64,000 bases of DNA from a virus (lineage: Duplodnaviria > Caudoviricetes): positions 1 through 64,000 of the IMG/VR virus record IMGVR_UViG_3300033121_000493. One strand, 5' to 3'. Under the pieces are notes generated by a model, which was not told where the DNA came from, ran no database searches, and saw nothing but the letters and a program-made list of their open reading frames with translations. The position numbers and the translations under genes are program-made. Each line of letters begins with the position of its first letter. Position 1 is the stretch's first letter. Of this stretch, positions 8,978-17,062 are shown in pieces.

Positions 8978-9041
8978 GGTGATCTCCTTTGGAGATAGTT
9001 GTTTTAGCGTCCGCTACATAGCGGAAGCGTGGATAGGTAAG

Positions 9042-9070
9042 AAAAGGGTGGCGGGTTTTACCCCGCCACC
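9042..9070 (-). terminator. Rho-independent terminator
   Basis: Minus strand GGTGGCGGG-GTAAAA-CCCGCCACC followed by CTTTTCTT, just after 9083..9304. Confidence 0.75.
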
Positions 9071-9082
9071 AACGAGCGCCGT

Positions 9083-9304
9083 TTAGACGCACGCCACAGC
9101 TGTCGCATATGCCAACCGCTGTGCGCGAGTCGGCGGGATGCAGCGTTTGAGGCGACGTGTACCATTGGCGCATTCGACGGCGAACAAACCATCAGAATCG
9201 ATTGCGATGATTTCACCGCAGAAGTCTCTGTTGACGGAAGAGACCACAGAGCCGACGCTGGGTTCAACCAGCCCAAGACCGTCCAGACTGAACTCTGCAA
9301 ACAT
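9083..9304 (-). CDS. Small hypothetical protein
   Basis: AGGGG SD upstream; followed by a terminator. Confidence 0.6.
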   Translation of the reverse strand: MFAEFSLDGLGLVEPSVGSVVSSVNRDFCGEIIAIDSDGLFAVECANGTRRLKRCIPPTRAQRLAYATAVACV

Positions 9305-9405
9305 AGAGAAACCCCTGTGAAGGTTTGCTTACTAGCGCGCGAGGGAAACCCCTCTAATACGCCTAGCCGCTACGTTAGCCGACAATCGTACGGACATGTA
9401 AGACA

Positions 9406-9432
9406 ATATAGCTATCAAAATGATAGCTATAT
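9406..9432. promoter_or_regulatory. Perfect 12-bp inverted repeat (operator-like)
   Basis: ATATAGCTATCA-AAA-TGATAGCTATAT in the intergenic gap between late and accessory modules. Confidence 0.55.
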
Positions 9433-9467
9433 ATCTACAGGTTATAATAACACAAAAACAGGGCTAA

Positions 9468-10193
9468 TTAAGGTACGGATAGGTCGCTGTCTGGGCTTAG
9501 TTTTTCACCTAGATCAGGTATAGATTTGATTACAGCTGTAACGTACTTTTCCCAGCTTTTATCGTTTCGATGGTTTAGGGGGACTTCGTTTAGCTCGGCC
9601 AGAAGAGCCTTTAGCTGGCTGTATAGATATGCTTTTAGGTCATAGCTGTCTGCGTCAGTTTTGTAGCGGATAGCGCTAAATAGCTCTGGATCATCTGCCC
9701 ATTGCTGGATGCCTGGATTATCGTCTGTAATGGCTACACGCAACGCGTCAGGCGGATTGGTAATACCGTCGTGCTTTAGCACAATGCCAAGATACCTTTG
9801 GATCTCGTCTGAAAACTCATCGCTATCGCCGTCTTGGGTATTTATGGCTACTTCATAAATACCCCAGAGGGCTTCTTCTGCTGTAACCGGATCTAGCGTT
9901 GTAAATGACGCCTCTGCGCCATTAAGGACATTGCATATGTGTGAAAACATCTCCCAGCTATGGTAAAACAAGTTTGTTGTATAACAGACTATTAAAGCCT
10001 GTAGCTTGTCTTTGTTAATAGCTGGCAAAATTACGTTGAAGTCTTCAAACAAGTAATTCCATAGTGTTTCCGGTTCCCACTCAAATATGTCAGTGCCGTA
10101 GTTGTCAATACAAATAGCCAGTAACGAAGTAGCAAAGGTGTCTTCGTTTAGTAGCAGCTGTTGTATTTTAGTTTGTTGCGCTTCTGTCAACAT
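9468..10193 (-). CDS. Acidic helical hypothetical protein
   Basis: 241-aa ORF (WEPETLW...KLQAL...F..IC.VLNG). Confidence 0.75.
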   Translation of the reverse strand: MLTEAQQTKIQQLLLNEDTFATSLLAICIDNYGTDIFEWEPETLWNYLFEDFNVILPAINKDKLQALIVCYTTNLFYHSWEMFSHICNVLNGAEASFTTLDPVTAEEALWGIYEVAINTQDGDSDEFSDEIQRYLGIVLKHDGITNPPDALRVAITDDNPGIQQWADDPELFSAIRYKTDADSYDLKAYLYSQLKALLAELNEVPLNHRNDKSWEKYVTAVIKSIPDLGEKLSPDSDLSVP

Positions 10194-10662
10194 TTAGCAC
10201 CGACATAACAAGTGGTAACAAGCAAATTCCAACCGATACAGTTACCAGTGGGTTTGTATTCCAAAACTCATTTTTATCAATCTCAGTTAAGGTACTGAGA
10301 TCAAGCAGAGTCTCTCCGCTGCCCAATCTTATCCACCGGCTGTCCATTATCTCAAAAACAGCTACGGGGACTGAGTCACGGCTAGACGAGTTAAACGATT
10401 TTACGTAACTTTTCAGCCTGTCCTCGAAAAACAGTACAGCCGCAACAGCCAAACTGCTTGTAAGAAATCTATACTCTTTTATCTTACTAAATAGCTTAAT
10501 CGCCAAAAGCATATGCGCCGGTATTTGACTAGTATCTGTCAACCTAATCCACAGGGAACTATTAGCGGACGGGTATAGCTGCATACCCATCCGCTTTAGC
10601 TGACCGATAGACAACCCGGCATTAGCAGCAGTAATCAGACATTCATTGGGGTCAATCGCCAC
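10168..10662 (-). CDS. Hypothetical protein
   Basis: Packed ORF. Confidence 0.65.
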   Translation of the reverse strand: MAIDPNECLITAANAGLSIGQLKRMGMQLYPSANSSLWIRLTDTSQIPAHMLLAIKLFSKIKEYRFLTSSLAVAAVLFFEDRLKSYVKSFNSSSRDSVPVAVFEIMDSRWIRLGSGETLLDLSTLTEIDKNEFWNTNPLVTVSVGICLLPLVMSVLNVDRSATN

Positions 10663-10973
10663 GTCTGTCTCACAAAATTGTAGCCGTCTTCTGATTCAAC
10701 CCGCTTATCTGTGTTAGCGACCTTCTCCATCAACGGGCCAGTTACAGCGTCAATACCACAGTCGCCAATATTTAAAAAAAGGCGTGCGTTATAAGCTGCA
10801 CGTTTAGCATCATGCTCGACAGCAGTTCCAACATCCTTAGTACGGGTAGTAATAAGAATGCCGTTTGTAGGCGATCCGCGAATCTCAACTACTTCTACAT
10901 TTTCGTTGCCTAGTGCAGATAGGTCAATGTGCTCAAAAGGATTTTTTGTCATTTCTACATTTCCAATTGTCAT
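10635..10973 (-). CDS. Hypothetical protein
   Basis: Packed ORF. Confidence 0.65.
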   Translation of the reverse strand: MTIGNVEMTKNPFEHIDLSALGNENVEVVEIRGSPTNGILITTRTKDVGTAVEHDAKRAAYNARLFLNIGDCGIDAVTGPLMEKVANTDKRVESEDGYNFVRQTWRLTPMNV

Positions 10974-10978
10974 GATAC

Positions 10979-11263
10979 TTAAAACTCCAAAAGTGTTTTA
11001 CCGACGTACATCTTAACTACGTCCGCCTTCAAGAATACTTTAACCGCCTCTTGAACGTCTGTCGAGGCGGCTATAACAGATTTTACTCCACTTACTATGT
11101 CTCTGCGCTTAGCTGCATTTTTACTGTTGCAGTTACAACCTTTAATTGATTTAGCCTGCGCGGCGTATGTCTCTAGCGCGCTAGACTTAGCCACTATACC
11201 AGCATTTTTAAGCAACGCCATCGCTGTCTGTTCTGTTAATGACACAACGCGCTTGCTGCTCAT
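10979..11263 (-). CDS. Small basic protein with CxC (KGCNCN)
   Basis: Packed ORF with ATGA overlap. Confidence 0.7.
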   Translation of the reverse strand: MSSKRVVSLTEQTAMALLKNAGIVAKSSALETYAAQAKSIKGCNCNSKNAAKRRDIVSGVKSVIAASTDVQEAVKVFLKADVVKMYVGKTLLEF

Positions 11264-12027
11264 ACTGTCTCCTCCGTAATGCTGGTCGGGCCGTTGGCAT
11301 AGGCTTTAAGAGAAGTTGTGTACTGTAAGAAGTCTGCTTTTAGGTTTACCCAGCCAGTATACAACTCTTCAAGATTAACTGATTTAACTTCAAACAAATC
11401 AGCTCTAAAGAACTTTGGAAATGAAACAACGTTAGCCGCGCCAACTGGATAGCTTTCCATATCCGCCAAGCTACAAACACCAATGGGTCTATACATAGCT
11501 TTCGGCTCTATACGGTGATAAAAGATGTCAGTGTCTACGCCAGCACCACCAGCACTAACGCTTAGTACAAAAGAACCACCAGTCATAGTAATAGCCTGGC
11601 GCGTAATGCTGATGTATTTACTATTCGAAGACGAGCTACCGGCTTCACTGTCTAAGTTAACACTAAGTGTTTCTGGTGATTGTAATTCTTCATAATACGT
11701 TAGTGACTGTTGTAATTTGTTTACATCATCTACAAGTAACTGCTGCGCCCGCGCCAGAACGATAGTTGAGCGAAACGACAATGTAGCAGTGTTACTTCTG
11801 TATAGGCCATTTTGGCTACTTGGCGAGGCTGGATACGTCAACATATCCTGCACACTACACACACCTATAAAGCCAGTACTGTCAAAAAGTAGAATGTTAG
11901 CGTCAGGTAGCGCGCTAGCACTACTGCTGCTACTAGCAGCGTTGTCGGTGTTTATTTCTATTTTGAGCTCTGGCCCCATGCTAGACAAGAGATTAGGGTC
12001 AGACACCTCAAACCTAATAATGTACAT
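11260..12027 (-). CDS. Putative virion protein with duplicated domain and two poly-Ser tags
   Basis: Two copies of IGVCS..DM..YP.....(Y/F)R; SSSSS and SSSS runs. Confidence 0.7.
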   Translation of the reverse strand: MYIIRFEVSDPNLLSSMGPELKIEINTDNAASSSSSASALPDANILLFDSTGFIGVCSVQDMLTYPASPSSQNGLYRSNTATLSFRSTIVLARAQQLLVDDVNKLQQSLTYYEELQSPETLSVNLDSEAGSSSSNSKYISITRQAITMTGGSFVLSVSAGGAGVDTDIFYHRIEPKAMYRPIGVCSLADMESYPVGAANVVSFPKFFRADLFEVKSVNLEELYTGWVNLKADFLQYTTSLKAYANGPTSITEETV

Positions 12028-12038
12028 ACTCTACCTCG

Positions 12039-14024
12039 TTAGTGGCTCGACGAGCAGTGACTGTCGGTACGATAACTGATAAACAATCTAGGCTCAGCAC
12101 CTTCTAGCTTTGTAGCGTCACGGCGTGCGCCAGCGTCAGACACGTACTCGCGTAGCCACAGACCAAAGTATTGGCCAGAATCGTAGTTAGACCGATTAAC
12201 GTAGTATTGCAGCAGATCTGTAACATCAAACTCAAACGGCGTCGATGTACCACTTGAAGCGGCTAAACGATCCCAGTTTCTGTTAAGAGTATAAGTCGGG
12301 TCACTGGTTCCAGAGAACGCGCTCATAGTAATTAGCGAGCCGTCGTCATATATGTTACGAACTTGTAGAACAACGTCATCGCCAGTTTCTGCTGTGTGCC
12401 CGCGTAGCTGTAACGACGCTCCAACAATTTCAGCGCAGCGTGGTAGGTCTATTGGGAAACGTAAGAAAGCATCCCAAGTAGTAGTTGCCAACTCGTCTCT
12501 ACCAAACCGTATAAAATCTAGGTCAGTAAATAACGTCAAAACACCATTAGCGTTACGCCTTGTAGCTGCGTCACTGGAATCTGCTAGCAGTACGGTTGTG
12601 GTAAACGCGTACGGATCAACATATGCAGATGACGATGAGCCTTGCGCCACATAATGAGAACTGGAATATTCAACAGGAATAGCGTACGAGCTGGATTGTT
12701 CAAGTACGCTATACGAGCTCGAAGACGACCCAGTAGTTACTGTAGTATTATTAGTTCCAATGACGCTAAACGTAGCACTGCCGCGAGTTATCAAACCCTG
12801 CCCACCGCCCAAATAGCTTAGTTGATTCCCCTCCAGAACAGGCAATCCATATGCTTGCATATCATTAGCAAACACAGCACATTGTCTCTGAACTTCTTGC
12901 CAGACACGGTCTAAGTCGCTCGGCGTACTCGCAGTTATTTCCGCTCTGTTAGTTCTATAGGCGTATGGAAATACGCTACCAGGCGCATCGACTGGTACGT
13001 TCACTAAATCAACTAATCTAGCAACGCGACGAAACGCGTGGTTACGCAGCGTAGATCCAATCACAGGCCTAGCTATCTCGTGCACAAATATTTTGTTATC
13101 GACGCCTGGGCTAGATACACACTCAACAATCATGCGGTGCAAGCCGCCTTGTAGCCCGGTGACAGCTAGCAAATTACCCTGATCTTGCCTCGTTATGGTA
13201 AGGAAGTTTTCAGGCGTAGGAATAACCAAAGACGACAACAATTCGATACACGTATTGCTACCTGGAACAGGCTGACTTACGTTAGCGCCGCCCCAGTAAA
13301 AATCTTGTAATGACGTAACTATTGTTATTGTGCCATGTCGGCCATTACCAGATACGTCTTGTACTAGTGCTGTTGGTGTATACGTACCAGGTAATTCAGT
13401 ACTACCGTCACCTATACGCCACCAACCTTGCAAAGCTCCACTACTGGTATACAGACCAGCGTCTTCGCCGTACAGCAATCCGTGCCCGCTAGCCCACAAC
13501 TCTGTCACTTCATCAGAAGATAGTGCGCTATTCCAAATACCTACTTCGTCTAGCTGGCCATCCCACGATAACGTAGCACCTGTGTTGCCGCTATTTCGTA
13601 TGCCACCTATGAGCAGGTCTGCAGCTACTAGCGATGTACCACTGTAGTTGTGCTGCGCCAACAGTACGCCGTCTACGTATGTAGTAACCTGCATTGGCGA
13701 CAGCTTTACAGACATAACAGCAAAGTGCCAATCGTCGTCGTCTATAAGGACAGCTGCTAGCGTTTCAGCGTTATCTGAAAACTGTTGATTACCGATATAC
13801 GATTTGATATATCTACCGACCGTACCAAGTCCATATTGAAGAATTGAATCTGTTCCACGACCTACGGCTATCTGCGTGCCGCTAGCTGTAGTTTTAAACC
13901 AGACGGCAATAGAGAACTCATTAAACGTTGGAGCAAAGTTAAACGCCGCATGGCTTCCACAAGTTATGTAGTCATGGTTGCTGCTGCTAAATGAGCCTGC
14001 CCAACAATTAGTTAATAGTGCCAT
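12039..14024 (-). CDS. LamG/concanavalin-A-like lectin domain virion protein with C-terminal DNRLRE-like beta-sandwich
   Basis: FSIAVWFKT...DDDWHFAV...YVDG...IGG...GQLDEVGIWNSALS.DEV; C-terminal AFLRF...I..ASLQL...FDVT.L...PRL.I.Y. Confidence 0.8.
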   Translation of the reverse strand: MALLTNCWAGSFSSSNHDYITCGSHAAFNFAPTFNEFSIAVWFKTTASGTQIAVGRGTDSILQYGLGTVGRYIKSYIGNQQFSDNAETLAAVLIDDDDWHFAVMSVKLSPMQVTTYVDGVLLAQHNYSGTSLVAADLLIGGIRNSGNTGATLSWDGQLDEVGIWNSALSSDEVTELWASGHGLLYGEDAGLYTSSGALQGWWRIGDGSTELPGTYTPTALVQDVSGNGRHGTITIVTSLQDFYWGGANVSQPVPGSNTCIELLSSLVIPTPENFLTITRQDQGNLLAVTGLQGGLHRMIVECVSSPGVDNKIFVHEIARPVIGSTLRNHAFRRVARLVDLVNVPVDAPGSVFPYAYRTNRAEITASTPSDLDRVWQEVQRQCAVFANDMQAYGLPVLEGNQLSYLGGGQGLITRGSATFSVIGTNNTTVTTGSSSSSYSVLEQSSSYAIPVEYSSSHYVAQGSSSSAYVDPYAFTTTVLLADSSDAATRRNANGVLTLFTDLDFIRFGRDELATTTWDAFLRFPIDLPRCAEIVGASLQLRGHTAETGDDVVLQVRNIYDDGSLITMSAFSGTSDPTYTLNRNWDRLAASSGTSTPFEFDVTDLLQYYVNRSNYDSGQYFGLWLREYVSDAGARRDATKLEGAEPRLFISYRTDSHCSSSH

Positions 14025-14415
14025 CTATGTTTACCACAACAGTTCGTTTTTGGTTATTAGCCGCTTTGCCTGCGTACACAAGTAACAATCTATTATACTG
14101 AATTTCGTAAATTTCTGTCACTGCCTTCAGTATAGCGGCTAATTCGTCAGTTTTGTTATTATCAGCGAGCCAAAACACTACGCGCGCAAAGTTGTCTATT
14201 ATTTGGCGTTTAGCGTTTTGTACTTTCGCGTACGTGCAGCCAGAGCACTTAGTCTGTGTTTTAACGAATTCTGCCACTTGGGCTAACTGTGCTTTTAGCG
14301 GATTAAACTTAGGGCACTTAGTGTAGAACACGTCCCGACCCAGTAAATCAAACACAGACTCCAGTGTGCACAGGAAGTCGTTACTTTCTACCTGGATGGT
14401 TTTCTGCGAATCCAC
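14008..14415 (-). CDS. Hypothetical protein with CxxC (KCSGCT)
   Basis: Packed ORF. Confidence 0.7.
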   Translation of the reverse strand: MDSQKTIQVESNDFLCTLESVFDLLGRDVFYTKCPKFNPLKAQLAQVAEFVKTQTKCSGCTYAKVQNAKRQIIDNFARVVFWLADNNKTDELAAILKAVTEIYEIQYNRLLLVYAGKAANNQKRTVVVNIDGTIN

Positions 14416-16198
14416 GTCTTGGTGCCTTGCTTATTTCTACGCCGTAGTAATGTTGTACCAAACCAAATCCGCCCTGATGCATAGCAGCGCCCAGCATTAT
14501 GTCGCCACCGTTGTGTCTTAGCCGTACGTCTGGCCAATTCAACGCCTGGATAGCCTCTTTTGTAATCAGCCAGAATCCACCAGTACAAAAATCACTTTTG
14601 GTCATCGGCGGCTTTTTACGGTAATCCAATGGAAACGGTACGCCTTTGTACCACGAAGCGGCTTTAACCCAGTCTTCCTGATTGTCTTTAAAGTGACTGT
14701 ACCAAATATGCCCGTACATATGATTGCCGTTAGGCGCTACGGGCGTAGTTTGTTTGTGCGTTTTGGTTACTACAGCCTCCAACTTATCCATCCAGTCTGG
14801 CTTAGTCACGTAGGAATCGTCATCAAACCACATAATCCAATCTGTAGTAATCGGCTTTTCTGCGTCATAGAACATTTCACGCATCATCGGATACTTAAAC
14901 CGCTGTGGGGTAGCCGTGTACAACTTCTCAAAATTTGGCCTACCAGTAAACCGCTCTGCCATCTTCAGCGTAGCCTGCGATGGCTCGTTAAGCGCTATTC
15001 TAAGCTTAAATTTAGACTCGTCTGTATTTGCGTATATACTCTCAACACAGCGATTAAGCAAAGAGGCGTGATCGCCGTAACCTAATACGCAGACAGTAAC
15101 AGGATATTTGAGCTCACTGCTAGACATAGTAATGACTTCTTTTTTTGGTAACTCTGGTATGACTAGTTTAGCTGTTTGTGGGGTTTCACGCTTTGTATCG
15201 AGGTAGTAGTTAACGGCGTTTACAACGTCATCTACCTTAATAACATCCATACACTTTGGTATTGGCTGTTTGGCAGGATGCTGGATAACGTTTAAACAAT
15301 TACTACGCTGGTCTTTGGGGTCATTTACTTTTGTTTTCCAGCAACCGCCGTGTCGACAGCAGTCTAGTCCGCCGATAGTGTGTAGATACGCATGTGGAGT
15401 AAATGGATGAGGTACGTACGCTGGATCTTTGTCTGCAGACCAGCTATTCCAATCTTTTAATCCCGCAGCGTACCCCATGTTACGTTTAAACGTTTCTTCA
15501 GTGTATGCTTCCCATGTGTAATGCTCCCGCCCGCCAGCTATAACAACCGCAGGCTTGTTTACGGCTGCGGCTAAATGCATAAAACACGTAACTGGAACTA
15601 TTAAACCTTCGGCGTGGAGACACAAGTGCATGGCTTCGCGAAATGACGTTTGTCCTACTAGATTTTTAACGCCGGATAAACTTGTATGTACGTGCTTAGC
15701 TCCACCTGCGTTTGTACCGCCACCAATCTGCACAAAGTTAATCTTATCTGACAGCCGATCAACAACTTCCTGGTAGCGCGCTACGTCCCACCATTTAGTG
15801 ACAAAATCAGTTTTACCACCGGATACAATAATCCAGTAAGGATCACTTATAGGCCGTTTTTGTATTTCGTCTTTAGACCAATGAATATCGGCTCGAAATT
15901 CAGTTAATCGTACCTTCAAGTCTAGACGCTTGTTTAGATCATCTATAAAACCTTGTACAAAATGCAAGCCAGACTGGTTGGACGACTTTATTAGTGGATA
16001 GCCTAACCTAACGTATTTAGATTTTTTCTGTGGGTTGAACTTAGTTACATATGGGTTGTAGTCCCATATAGAAGTAGCTGTCGTTTGTACATTTGTAACA
16101 AACCTATTTGGGTAACAGCGATGTAAATCGCGCAATGCGACTGACATCATCATAATGTCACCGGGAGCCTGATTATTAGACAGCGTTATGTATTCCAA
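14381..16198 (-). CDS. Fused glycosyltransferase: N-terminal GT9 (ADP-heptose heptosyltransferase-like, GT-B) plus C-terminal GT2 (GT-A)
   Basis: PGDIMM...LH..YP...NPYV; KWW; NLVGQTS.RE; MHLAAA..KP.VVI.G; Cys cluster then CM..I..D.V; then VTVCVLGY...L.RCVESI...WFDDD (DxD)...GGFWLI...GDI.L. Confidence 0.85.
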   Translation of the reverse strand: MEYITLSNNQAPGDIMMMSVALRDLHRCYPNRFVTNVQTTATSIWDYNPYVTKFNPQKKSKYVRLGYPLIKSSNQSGLHFVQGFIDDLNKRLDLKVRLTEFRADIHWSKDEIQKRPISDPYWIIVSGGKTDFVTKWWDVARYQEVVDRLSDKINFVQIGGGTNAGGAKHVHTSLSGVKNLVGQTSFREAMHLCLHAEGLIVPVTCFMHLAAAVNKPAVVIAGGREHYTWEAYTEETFKRNMGYAAGLKDWNSWSADKDPAYVPHPFTPHAYLHTIGGLDCCRHGGCWKTKVNDPKDQRSNCLNVIQHPAKQPIPKCMDVIKVDDVVNAVNYYLDTKRETPQTAKLVIPELPKKEVITMSSSELKYPVTVCVLGYGDHASLLNRCVESIYANTDESKFKLRIALNEPSQATLKMAERFTGRPNFEKLYTATPQRFKYPMMREMFYDAEKPITTDWIMWFDDDSYVTKPDWMDKLEAVVTKTHKQTTPVAPNGNHMYGHIWYSHFKDNQEDWVKAASWYKGVPFPLDYRKKPPMTKSDFCTGGFWLITKEAIQALNWPDVRLRHNGGDIMLGAAMHQGGFGLVQHYYGVEISKAPRRGFAENHPGRK

Positions 16199-16209
16199 AG
16201 TGCACCGCG

Positions 16210-16761
16210 TTATTTTTTACCACAAGAGCAGCTAGACGCATGATTACTCGGTGTTGACAGCACAGTGTTGGCGATTATCAGGTTGTTCAGCCACCAAGCC
16301 GACGTGGAGTACGCCAAAGCACTTAGCAGAATAGTTGCAATACTCGTTCCTGTTGGAGCAAAGATAGCCAGCAGTAAAATAGCAGACCAAAAACACTGAC
16401 ACCGGACACACGCAGAAAAATAATTGATAATGCGCGTAAGCCTAGTTGTGTCTGTCAGCTCTAAAAACTCAACTCGTTTATCTTCTAATACAGCTGGCTC
16501 TATAGCTCTGGCTGCCGCCGTTGGCACTTTATTGATTACGTCTTCGTCGTAATATACTTTGTGTTTGAGCTCCCAACTTAGTTCGTGCAGCTTGCGCTCG
16601 CGTCTAGCAGTTTCTTTGGGGTTACTATTGAAATAGTAATGGCGCAATTCCTGCATTAGAAATGAGCCGACTAGTGCGTACGCAAAAGTCATTACTGCTA
16701 ACGTCCACGCAAAAAAGGAAATCAGTCCACTAACACTGTTAACCATGTCAATCGTTATCAT
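16210..16761 (-). CDS. DUF1360-like membrane protein with CxxC
   Basis: N-terminal TM, then F.CVRCQCFW followed by two TM helices; C-terminal CSCGKK. Confidence 0.55.
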   Translation of the reverse strand: MITIDMVNSVSGLISFFAWTLAVMTFAYALVGSFLMQELRHYYFNSNPKETARRERKLHELSWELKHKVYYDEDVINKVPTAAARAIEPAVLEDKRVEFLELTDTTRLTRIINYFSACVRCQCFWSAILLLAIFAPTGTSIATILLSALAYSTSAWWLNNLIIANTVLSTPSNHASSCSCGKK

Positions 16762-16762
16762 T

Positions 16763-17062
16763 CTATTTTCTCATGTAAGATGCTATTGCTAAGTCTTGTT
16801 CCGCGTTAGCTGGCTCAATATACCACTTTTGTAGTTTTGGTAAAGTGCCGCCGCTGTCTAGCACATCGAATACTTGCTTGGCAGCTGTTGGGTTTTTGTT
16901 GAACATCCACGCGCGGACTTCATCTTCTGATACAGAGCCTATAAGTGACTGTATTTTTTCCAGTAAAAATTGTTCTGTAGCAAATCCTAACGCATCGTCT
17001 GGGCAATACGTACAAACTCCGACGCGCTTTCTACCTATATCGAACGTTGTAACTTGACTCAT
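16763..17062 (-). CDS. Small CxxC protein (VCTYCP)
   Basis: Abuts both neighbours. Confidence 0.7.
   Translation of the reverse strand: MSQVTTFDIGRKRVGVCTYCPDDALGFATEQFLLEKIQSLIGSVSEDEVRAWMFNKNPTAAKQVFDVLDSGGTLPKLQKWYIEPANAEQDLAIASYMRK

Noticed and set aside
7538-9467. tRNA genes, CRISPR array or canonical sigma70 promoters in the intergenic gaps
   Set aside because: No cloverleaf/T-loop, no regularly spaced repeats, and -35/-10 candidates are wrongly spaced
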